From Macrostomum lignano (Eukaryota), in assembly GCA_002269645.1 (NCBI GenBank), contig NIVC01000689.1, positions 62,001-126,000 on the forward strand: a DNA stretch of 64,000 nt, in the 5' to 3' direction. Positions 45,601-56,084 of the stretch are shown here, one piece after another (positions within the stretch are counted from its first letter, which is position 1; every line of letters starts with the position of its first letter). The notes below the pieces were generated by a model. The model was given only the letters and a program-made list of their open reading frames with translations, was not told the origin of the DNA and did not search any database. A program made the position numbers and the translations under genes.

Positions 45601-48600
45601 TGCCCCAGCCCAGCCAATCAGAGGCTAACTGACAACCCAATACCCCAGTGTCATTCTCTACCCAGCGCAGCCAATCAGAGGATAACTGACAACCCAATAC
45701 CCCAGTGTCATTCTCTGCCCCAGCCCAGCCAATCAGGGACTCCAGCTAAAAAATGATTTCCTCACTTCATTAAAAAGGTCGAGCCCTGAGAATCCTGCGT
45801 CTAGCGAAGCTGCTCAGTCTGCTGCGGCTGCTTCGACTCTCCCGATTGGTCCGCTATGTCAGCCAATGGGAGGAAGTGAGTTTTTTATTTATAACTTCTA
45901 TGAAGAGTTTAAGTCGAATATGTACGAGTACACCATTCACCTATTGGATTGTATTTTACTAATGAATAGACTTTGTCATTATGATTTCTATTAATTTTCA
46001 AATGTAAGTTACAGCATAGTTAACAAGGACTCGCAAGTCGTGGAAAATGTTTGAAGTCAAATTGATTTTAAAAAACCTTTTTTATCTAAAACTCTGTATC
46101 TAAATTTATTTAAAGATTTGCTTCGCAGATATTAGCCAAAATATCTAGCTCAAAAGTATGTATAAAGTATTGAATACATCATGTACTTACCATGTCCCAC
46201 GAGGGACAGACCTAAGTGATTTGAGTGAGTGGGAGCCTGCTTACATATCCATGTGGGTGCTCAGGTGTCAGTGCGGAATGGGAGTGACTGCTTGCCTCTT
46301 TGCCGGGTCAACTGCCGCCACAGACAGCTCCAGCATTCACAGCCCCTTGACAGCTAATAGTTTGGTTAGAGGCAACCAGCGACACACTGCAGCAGACATG
46401 AGCTCCGTCACTCCCCGAGGACTTATCCGTCTTCTTTTGCCTCGCGTTACGCTTTCAGTTTTTTCAAATAGCCAGCAAATGCTTCGGCATCATCAAGCTG
46501 GTGCTCATTATGATGCTGCTGGGACACTGGAACGCCTGCTTCCAGTTTCTGATACCGTTTCTAAACGATTTCCCGCCGGACTCCTGGGTGGCTAAGCGCG
46601 GACTGAAGGTGACAAAAATCTGTGCAGGCTACTTATAGTAGCTTATTGGATGGCTGCCTCTGGATCGGTGCTGATCGTGTGGGGGGCAGGGGTTTATAGC
46701 CAGCCCCCAGATTCTGCACCAACCCTCCCAGCCTCTCTGGACTGATGAAGGCGATGCATGACGCCGTAGCCTTCTAATCCAAGGATTTCTAACGAGCAAC
46801 AGGACTGAACGCGGACTCCTTTAAACGTCTGGACTAGAAATGAGCCGGTCTGCTGTTAATGATGAAGATGGTTGAAAAATAACTCTTTTTTATAAGTTTT
46901 TATAGCAAATTAGGATAATAACTGATAACCCCAAATGGTTTAATTTGGGCTTTTTCGGCTCATTTCTAGTCTCTAAGTGTTTAAAGGTCCATGGCCAAAT
47001 TAAAAAAACTTGAAGAAAAGTTCATGGACCACTGGTCTCTAATGAGTTAAATAATGCCAGTTGTCCATGAGTTCAGCACCTACTGAGAGCATTATTAAGT
47101 CAACATAGTGTTTTTTCAATGTTCTGAGGTCACAGGTCGCAGGTTTATAGAGTATGGTTTAGGAAAAAATGCAAAAACGATAACAACTGTTCCCATCTCT
47201 TTGAAGCGAAATGATCGCTTTAAATAGAATATCCATAATTTTTGTGTTAAGGTTGCAAATCTTCTTAGAGGTAGGAAATTCGGCCTTAGTTTTTTTTCAA
47301 AAAGTTCTTAAACTTTAGTTATTTTAATTAACAGTCCATGCTTCTAACTCGGAAGATCCCTGGATTGGAAGCGTCAAGTCCAGTTTGGCTGTTATTCCGT
47401 ATGTAGCCCAGTAGCTATCGCTATTTTCTCTGGCAGTTTTCGAAGCGTCAGTGGCAGGATTAGGGATTGGATATTGAATTCTAAGAATTCCACTTATTGC
47501 CGAACACCACTCAGACGGTGTTGATCACCCAGGGAGAAGCGAAGCATCAACACATATGATTCGGGAGTCCCGATGTTTTTTGCACTTTCATAGCTTTGTT
47601 GTTCCTACTGATTTTTTCTCTAGCAAATGCCATTCTAAGAAGCACTCCACGAGCTTTGTTTGTTTTTTTAATTTAACTCGTTGCTGATCAAGACATTAAT
47701 GCTATTGATAATTGTGTGATCCGCGCACCGACATAATGTGCTTATATAAGTCCGTCCTACCCTAGCAACGCGCACTCAAAACCCTCGCTTTCAGCTGCTG
47801 AACGTTGCCAATAAATTTATGGGAATATTTAATCTCGTGCTGCTCATGCTGCTGCTTGGCCACTGGAACGCCTGTCTGCAGTTTCTCATCCCGTTTCTGC
47901 AAGAGTTCCCAGACCAATCCTGGGTGTCTCGCTGCGGACTCAAGGTGAATTTGCCCCTCCTCCTGGCGCTTGTTGCCATGGCGATGAAGCGTCGATATCG
48001 CAATAAATATCGCATGCGACAATTCCTTGCAAGTTTCGAAGCGTTAATGCAGCAGTTTAGGACTGGAGGGGAATTTTGTTGGTGCGCACATCTGCACCTA
48101 ATTGGAGCGCACGGATGTACATGTACTGAGCAAAAGGGTTGGACCACCAATATGATCAAGCGCACTATACGAGCGTATCATGCTTACATCGTATCATGTT
48201 TACATGCAAGCTCGTCCGCATTTTGTGCAAAACTGCTTCATTCACAGCGACACCATTGAACAATAATTTTCTGGGCCAGAGGTGCACAAATTGCACAATA
48301 AAATATTTAGGCGTAAAATTTCCGAAAGATACAATAAATATGCTAAGCATACCATTGAAACTTGGGCCCAATTTCATAGAACTCTTTGATGTATATTTAT
48401 CAGCTCTCTAAACAGAGTTTTGCCCGCAGCCCTCCTAAATTGGGCTCCCAACCGATCTGAAAGCGTCTAGGGGACTGGTTGCCAAGTTGTTCATGAAATC
48501 GGGCCCTGGAGTATGCAGCATTGGTTATAAATGGCAATATTAATTTGCTTAATGCATCCCAGTTGTTTATGCTTGCACTTCTCTTGACCTATTTTATATA

Positions 48601-49913
48601 CAGCAGCTTGTCTATATCGCATACACTGTCTGCAGAAGTACTTGTTGCTACCCTAATTTGGTGCCGATAACTTTTTTACCCTGCGTGAAAACAAGTTTTT
48701 AACCCTATTGATCAGTTGAAGTGGGCGGTGATTTCGGGGCGCGAATCCCGCCACGCACTTTCAGCTGCTGAACGTTGCCTCCGTGTTCATGCGGGTGGCC
48801 AACCTCATCTGCCTGATGCTGCTGCTGGCGCACTGGAACGGCTGCTTGCAGTTCTTGGTGCCGGCGATTCAGGACTTTCCCAAGGACTCTTGGGTTAAGA
48901 AGCTGAACATGCAGGTAGAGCCGCCGCAGCTGCCCCTCCTTGAACCAGACTTTCAAAATCGGATCTTGTTGCACCTTGAGTTCTGTTTTTTTCTTTCAAT
49001 TTTATTACCTGTATAAACCCATGTTTTTGTTTGTTTATTTATTATGTGGACAAGATCAGCCTATCACCAGATTATTTTATTGCCTCACTAACTTTGCTTA
49101 GTCATATAGATGTGAAACCAAGCAATAATTCATAATCAAGGTGCAGTTTATCGAGGCACCATCGAGCGGTAGGACCTGGGCTCGAATCCTGACAGGGGAT
49201 CTTCAAGGAAGTCACCTTTCGGAAAATACCAGAGGCAATACGGTGGCCTGCTACGCATCCACGTGTACAGTTTCCATGTGTCCCGAGTACACAACACAGG
49301 CGCACAGAACTAACATTTGGCCTCATATTTTTAACAACTAAACCGAAAAAGAACTGCAGCAAAAGTAGCCAATTAACAAGCAGCCTCACCAATGAAAATT
49401 TTCTTGACACTGCATTATTTTCTAATCAATTATTCTGCGCCTATATACCAACGCCACTTTCTAGTCATACTGCTTTCGGTTATTTAACTAGTTTTGCGAC
49501 ACATAATTCGCATTATCATTTTCAGATTTTTAAGCAAGCATATTAGCAGTGCCAGTAATCACTGATATATTTTCGCTATGAATACAATAAACTAAGCATT
49601 AGCCTAGGGTTGTAGCCTAGTGGTCAGAGCGTCGGACTTACGACTGAAAGGTCGGAGTTCGATTCCCGATCCCACGCAGAACAATTTGTGTCCTTGAGCA
49701 AGACACTTAACTCTGCATTGCTTCAGCTCACCCAGCTGTAAAATGGGTGCCAGCATTAGCTGGGGTAATTGAGGCTGTGTGTGGCGACCCCCCAGTCCTT
49801 GGACTGAACAGCCGTACGCAGCCTTCAGATGCGCCGCGCGATAGCTGCGGCTGAGCTGTCGGTTGCACATCTGGCCCAATTAGGGCAGGTGTAATCAATT
49901 AATAATATTATTA

Positions 49914-49952
<39 letters not shown>

Positions 49953-52900
49953 GTAATGTATGTAGAAATCAAAAGCAAGAACTATATTATTAGTTTATCA
50001 GTAGTTTCCATCCACTATTATTGCCATAACATTGCCATAATTGCCAAAACATAACATCCTATAAAGAAGTATAGAATTTTTGCTTTTTTGCTGACCAATT
50101 TGGAACGCTGCGACCTGGGATTGTCACACTGTGATCTGGGATTGTCACACTGTGATTTAGGAGTGACTTAACACGGCGATTTATGCGACTGTCTCATCTT
50201 CGATCGTAAATAAAGCTTGTGAAATGGCCTTCCCCAACGGACAAATGGCATTTCGGAGCGCTTTTTTCAATGGTTGATTTCGTTAAATTTTCATGCAACA
50301 ATGAAGCGCGTAAGCACACTAAAACCGCACTTAATAAAGCACCGCATAGTGCTTGCATAGAGCATATATAGCTGCATGCCGATAAAGTCATGTTTCCGCA
50401 ATCATCGCAGTGTGTACAGTTTCAAAATTGTTCAGATTATGAGAGCTTTAAATCTGTAAAGTAAAAAAAAAGTTTTTTTACAAACGACGCTTCGAAATTT
50501 GCCAACGCAGCGGCCTTCGTTTCTGTAGCGGCTTCTCAGGCTTGGCAATGTTTGAGTGCAGTAAGAGGCATCTGTCAGGACGCAGGCTGACTCTGGTTGC
50601 TAGATCATAAAGTACTGGAAATCTGTGAGGTTTAGAAGATAAACTGGGTGCTGGTTCGGATTGAAAATCGATAATGTTAACTAAATTTTGGCTTGGTATT
50701 TCTACCGTTAATTTGAATTAATAAAACAAGAAACCTGCCATGAGACCGCAGCTGCAGCGAAGGCCTTGCGAACCCCTTCCCCCCCCCCCTGAACACCCTA
50801 CCTAACGATATTACTAGCTAACTCTCTCATTTTTATTAACCAATTTATGTATAACTTCTGATACAAATCGTTGAATCGAATTTTCCCAAACACACAACCC
50901 GCGAACGTCACGAACTGGACCAGGAGGCGCACTGGTTCCGCCAGTACACCTGGGCACTGTTTAAAGCCATGAGCCACATGCTCAGCATTGGCTACGGGCA
51001 GCATCCGCCGACCAGCATCAGCGAGGCCTGGATCACCATTGTCAGCATGATGACCGGCTCCTCATGCTACGCCCTGTTCGTTGGACACGCGGCCGCTCTC
51101 ATACAGAGCTTCGACACGTCAAAACGGCTGTACAGGGAGAAGGTGAGTCAGGGAAACTGGCTTTGCGTGTGCCATTGTGTCTGTTACATGTAATGTCAGA
51201 GTGTCTATGTGTTCTGATGTCAGAATGTCTCAGTTGCCTGTGTGTCTTGGTGTCATCGAACATTGAATCGTCTAGGGCCTTAGTATCTTTTATCTGGTTG
51301 TCGGAGTATGTTTTAGTGTCTGGAATCAAAGTGTCTTTCTGCAGGAGATTCGTGTTTGTCGTCTTGGTGGTCCAGAGTCATGTTTTCTGACTGTCGTCTA
51401 TGCACCTGAGCGTCTGATTGTATTGTGATGATAAACACTCCTGTCTGTGTTTAGTAACTGTTTGATCGACTGGTCGTTCTCGTCTCTGTGCCTTTTGTCT
51501 CTAAAACTTTCTCCTGGCCAACTCAGTTCAAGCAAGTGGAGGAGTACATGGCCTACCGCAAGCTGCCGAGAGCGCTTCGCCAAAGGATTGCGAACTATTA
51601 CGAGCATCGGTATCAGGGCAAGATGTTCAATGAGAACGACATCCTCAGCGAGCTGTCCGAATGCCTTAGAGAGGTGAGTTTATCTGGGAGTTACATCAAT
51701 TTTTCGAAAATTAAGTAAAATGGTTTTCGTGTACTTACGAACTCACTACAAAGACACAAATTGGGTACCAAGTTGAGTCCATTGTCAGAGACTGCCGAAA
51801 TGTTTATGTAATCTCGTTCGGCCATCCCGCAGCAAATCATCAACTATAACTGCCGCGCCTTGGTGGCGGCCGTGCCCTTCTTCACCTACGCCGATCAGGA
51901 CTTTGTCTCCGAAGTGGTCACCAGGCTCAAATACGAGGTGTTCCAACCGGGCGATCTGATTATCAAGGAGGGCACCATCGGCACCAAGATGTACTTTATT
52001 CAAGAGGGCATTGTTGACATCATCACTCGTGATGGGGAGGTGGCAACGAGCCTGTCCGATGGGTCCTACTTTGGCGGTGAGCGGCGCGTCAGTTAGGGTT
52101 AGGGTTAGGGTTAGGGTTAGGACTGTGTAGCACTAGAACATGCAAACTTTCCTAACTAGACTAACTAGACTTTAAGCTTTTGCCGGACAACAATGCAATT
52201 TTTCTGCAATTTAACACCTATTTATTGGTTCCCAGTAAACCAATTTGTCGAGCTAGTAGGCTGCTGCTGCTCTGCTCCATCATCGGTTAGAATTCTGGAT
52301 TGGACTGGGTAGGGCTCTCCTCCACTCGGCACGCGGGCTTCTGCGCATGGGAATTAACCGCAGGTATTGAGTGGCCGCTAATTGAGTTTGCGACTCCCCA
52401 CGGATCCAAATAAGCCTTGGGACTCGAAATCTGAGAGTTCTACTCCTGCTGTCTCTGTTCCCCGCACCTATCTCTCACTCTCTCACGCTCTCGCTCTTTC
52501 ATTCCGGTTTCCCAGATTGAATCCGGTGTTGGTTAATCGCCTTCTTCCACCTTAGTTCTGCTGAGGTCGGGCCTGGTTTAACTTATGGATAGATTGCGAA
52601 TATGAGATGAAGCGTCTTGTGCGTTGCAGTTCGAACTTTCTTCTGCGAACAGGAGGCGAGTGAGAGCGTGAGTAAGAGAGAATAAACGGGGAGAATTTTC
52701 CCGTCCCAGCATATAGTGCCCTCAGGGATTCCGTGTGCAGGGCTGCGACCGCTAATGAGGGCCGAGTTGATTTCCAGAGCTGGCGCAGGAACGGAGGGAT
52801 ATTGGCCGGAAGGATGGTTAAGATTGGGGAATGCAGTTCCTTTCCCTGGTTAATAAGTTCGAGTAGGTGAAGCGACTTATTAATGAGATATCACTATACT

Positions 52901-53799
52901 CGAGTAAGAGTAAGATTGCAACAAGGAGCAGGCGGCTGCAGGCATGGTTACAACTAGACATATAAAGTCCCACTGGCCAAGCAAATGTAACTCAAAGGTA
53001 CCTATTTGAGTTTTGAGCAACTTAGGAAGCTGTTTACCCATGTATGCTGAATTTCGACTCACACGTTGACCCACGCTGAATATAGAATCGTTTGGACCTA
53101 TTGGATAGTTTGACGCATTTTGACCCATTCCACAGTCGACCCATTTCAACTTATGTCGACCCTTATTAACCTACGTGGACCTTACGTTCACCTCTGACCG
53201 ATCGCGCAGAGATCTGTCTGCTGACAAACGCCAGACGAGTGGCCAGCGTCCGTGCTGAGACCTATTGCAACCTGTACTCGCTGGAGCGGGAGAACTTTCT
53301 CTCGGTGCTGGACAATTACCCGCTAATGCGCCGCACCATGGAGTCCGTGGCGGCTGAGCGGCTCAGCAAGATCGGCCAGAACCCGCAGCTTGTGAGCAGC
53401 CGAGCCGATCTCAAAGAGGACCTCAACCTGGTGAAGGAGATTGTCAACCAGGTGACCCCGGCCACCAGCGATGACAACGACGATAGCTGCGGCGGTGGAG
53501 GCGCCGGCGCCGGCGCGTGCGGAGGCAGCGCGGACTGTGGCGACGGCAAGAAGTCGTCTCCGCCGCACACAGAGCGCCGGAAGTCGGTGGTGAAACTCGG
53601 CCTGCAGAAGCTTGGCCTGTCCTCCAAGTCCAAGTCCAGAGGCAACCTGTTCGCCAATTTCCACCTGGGCGGCCACCATCATCAGCAGCATCAGGACCAA
53701 GATCCCAGCGGGGCGTCAACGTCGCAACAGCCGCCCGGCTACGAGGCGGCCACTTCGGACCAGAGAGAAATCGCCACGGACAAAGAGTCGGCAGTCTGA
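39643..53799 (+). CDS. HCN: Hyperpolarization-activated cyclic nucleotide-gated channel (Ih)
   Basis: Exons 39643-40492, 43420-43583, 44395-44562, 45778-45875 (S4: [32 protein letters not shown]), one of 46459-46608 / 47795-47944 / 48765-48914 (S5), 50924-51142 (pore [16 protein letters not shown]6), 51527-51673, 51833-52076, 53210-53799 (CNBD FGEICLL...RRVASVRA). All phases join. The first listed exon has an acceptor, so the true start is upstream. Confidence 0.95.
40883..41194 (-). mobile_element. tRNA-derived CORE-like SINE, copy B, full length with TSD
   Basis: Same head and body as copy A; (TAA)n tail at about 40883-40898; 11-bp direct repeat TGGCTAAGTAA at 40872-40882 and 41195-41205. 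Confidence 0.9.
41933..42195. repeat. 30-bp minisatellite (GATGCTRAGATCCCCATCCAGAATCCCATA), block 1
   Basis: A second block of the same family lies at 42855-43115. Confidence 0.92.
42855..43115. repeat. 30-bp minisatellite, block 2
   Basis: Same unit and orientation as 41933-42195. Confidence 0.9.
44628..45735. repeat. 58-bp minisatellite, about 19 copies, between the HCN S3 and S4 exons
   Basis: Unit TAACTGACAACCCAATACCCCAGTGTCATTCTCTGCCCCAGCCCAGCCAATCRGAGGC. Confidence 0.96.
46459..46608 (+). CDS. HCN: HCN S4-S5 linker/S5 exon, variant 1
   Basis: CTTTCAG|...|GTGACA; [50 protein letters not shown]; 150 nt, phase 0-0. Confidence 0.88.
47795..47944 (+). CDS. HCN: HCN S4-S5 linker/S5 exon, variant 2
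   Basis: CTTTCAG|...|GTGAAT; [50 protein letters not shown]; 150 nt, phase 0-0. Confidence 0.9.
48765..48914 (+). CDS. HCN: HCN S4-S5 linker/S5 exon, variant 3 (closest to canonical Ih)
   Basis: CTTTCAG|...|GTAGAG; [50 protein letters not shown]; 150 nt, phase 0-0. Confidence 0.92.
49607..49951 (+). mobile_element. tRNA-derived CORE-like SINE, copy C, with (ATT)n tail
   Basis: GGGTTGTAGCCTAGTGG (A box)...GAGTTCGATTCCC (B box)...GTGTCCTTGAGCAAGACACTTAAC...CTGTAAAATGGG...(ATT)n to about 49951. Confidence 0.9.
52092..52121 (+). repeat. Interstitial telomeric-type repeat (TTAGGG)4 TTAGG
   Basis: Direct reading, 15-16 nt after an HCN donor site. Confidence 0.9.
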
Positions 53800-55044
53800 C
53801 TGACACAAGGACTCGCAACACAAGGGCGGTGGGAAATTTTGCATACGCAACAAAATTTTGTTATATTATTATTTTATTTTCGGCATTGTTCTACCCAAAT
53901 TTGAATGGTTCCGCACTGCACGCGTCATTAACAGTACAGCCAGCCGAATTTGAACTTATCCAGTCGTACCCGCGCTCTCTGCCTTCTTTATCTCAACATT
54001 GTTCTTCTATTCTCAAGTTCCTCCTGTTGAGCAAATTCCATTAATTACCCAGTCCTATTTTTGAGCAATCAAGAACCGTTCCACAATAAGTCTGGAATTC
54101 AGGGGTTACGATAGAAAACTTTTTTTCATTAACTTTGGGCCTGGTCAATTCTCTCGTGAAGGTTTTAACAGGCTTTAAGACCTTAAGAAGGAATTATGCT
54201 CTGTCATTTTGTACAGTGTTCGCTATATAGTTCGTTCTTCAGCATATCGATTAGCTCGTAGAAAAGTGCGCCAGTATAAGGGCATGTATTATAAACAGTA
54301 CGCAAATGCCTTCTGGCGACTGCAACGTAAAAGCAGTGCATTTCAGTCACCAGTTCAGCAACGCTTCGGCGACTCTAGACGCGCAAATTTGAACTTATAA
54401 AAAATCAATTTGAAGCCTTTAAAATTCCGACAGAGCCACGCCCTGCCCTCGCGCACCAATCTACTTTTTGCATCCTCACGTGATCTTCATTTTCTTTCTT
54501 CTGCTTTTTTAGTAGCACCCGCTGTACTGCGCCGGTTAATCTCATTAGCTAATAGCATCAAGGACTCATGCTAGCACCGCAGCAGATCTGTTTCCACATT
54601 TTCTGGGCTCAGACTCTGTGTAAGTCAAAGCCATAGGTGCAAATCCTATCCTATGTTTGCTATTCCATAGCTAATTTTATACTCAAAAGCCCGGAATAGA
54701 CGAGAGACAGACGGACGCAAACGAATATGACACTTCGTGGTGTCGTCTGTTATCGGTGTTGTTTTCAAAAGAAATTATCGACTGCCCCCAAGCTACTGTC
54801 GAACCGAAAGATATTTCTGATTATTCGCACCGCTGTTCCTCAGACATTGCCCATTTGAATTCGTAAAAATAATACTTGGATTAGGACAGCTTGAATGTAG
54901 CTACGTCTTTTTGCTTTTTGCTTCTTTATTAATGCAATGCGGAGTAGCCGAATAGCAGTGGAACCCTGTGATTATGGTTATTTGTGAGGGAGTGAACCAT
55001 CTTAGCATTTGGATCATCAAACGATCATCAAACGAGGAGAGTTA

Positions 55045-56084
55045 CTAGGGATGAGGAATCCTGTATGTCTAGAGGTGAGCGATACTGAATGTCTAAGGAT
55101 GAGGTTTAATGAATCTCTAGGGGTGAGGGATCCTGAGTGTCTAGAGTTGAGGGATCCTGTATGTCTAGGGGTGAGGGATCCTGAAGGTCTAGGGGTGAGG
55201 GATTCTGAATGTCTGGGGTGAGGGATCCTGAAGGTCTAGAGGAGAGGGATTCTGAATGTCTAGGGGTGATGGATCCTGAATGTCTAGGGGTGAGGGATCC
55301 TGAATGTCTAGGGGTGCGGAATAATGAATGTCTAGGGGTGAGGGATCCTGAATGTCTAGGGATGAGGAATCCTGTATGTCTAGAGGTGAGCGATACTGAA
55401 TGTCTAAGGATGAGGTTTAATGAATCTCTAGGGGTGAGGGATCCTGAGTGTCTAGAGTTGAGGGATCCTGTATGTCTAGGGGTGAGGGATTCTGAATGTC
55501 TGGGGTGAGGGATCCTGAAGGTCTAGAGGAGAGGGATTCTGAATGTCTAGGGGTGATGGATCCTGAATGTCTAGGGGTGAGGGATCCTGAATGTCTAGGG
55601 GTGCGGAATAATGAATGTCTAGGGGTGAGGGATCCTGAATGTCTAGGGGTGAGGGATCCTGAATGTCTAGGGGTGCGGAATAATGAATGTCTAGGGGTGA
55701 GGGATCCTGAATGTCTAGGGGTGAGGGATCCTGAGTGTCTAGAGGTGAGGGATCCTGAATGTCTAGGGGTGAGGGATTCTGAGTGTCTAGAGGTGAGGGA
55801 TCCTGAGTGTCTAGGGGTGAGGGATCCTGAATGTCTAGGGGTGAGGGATCCTGAATGTCTAGGGGTGAGGGATCCTGAATGTCTAGGGGTGAGGGATCCT
55901 GAATGTCTAGGGGTGAGGGATCCTGAGTGTCTAGGGGTGAGGGATCCTGAATGTCTAGGGGTGAGGGATCCTGAGTGTCTAGGGGTGAGAGATCCTGAAT
56001 GTCTAGGGGTGAGGGATCCTGGGTGTCTAGGGGTGAGGGATCCTGAATGTCTAGGGGTGAGGGATCCTGAATGTCTAGGGGTGA
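55045..56084. repeat. 24-bp minisatellite (GAGGGATCCTGAATGTCTAGGGGT), left part
   Basis: Continues on the far side of the LINE at 57427-57620. Confidence 0.95.

Noticed and set aside
46855-46929. C/D snoRNA-like GTTA-ATGATGA...CTGA-TAAC
   Set aside because: Interior is very AT-rich with no evident C'/D' boxes or recognisable guide; short motifs are expected by chance.
49141-49262. Possible fourth S5 variant exon
   Set aside because: The open frame has no similarity to S5 (no HWNxC motif, not hydrophobic).
49607-49680. tRNA gene
   Set aside because: It is the head of a repeated SINE with body and tail; no complete acceptor stem was seen.
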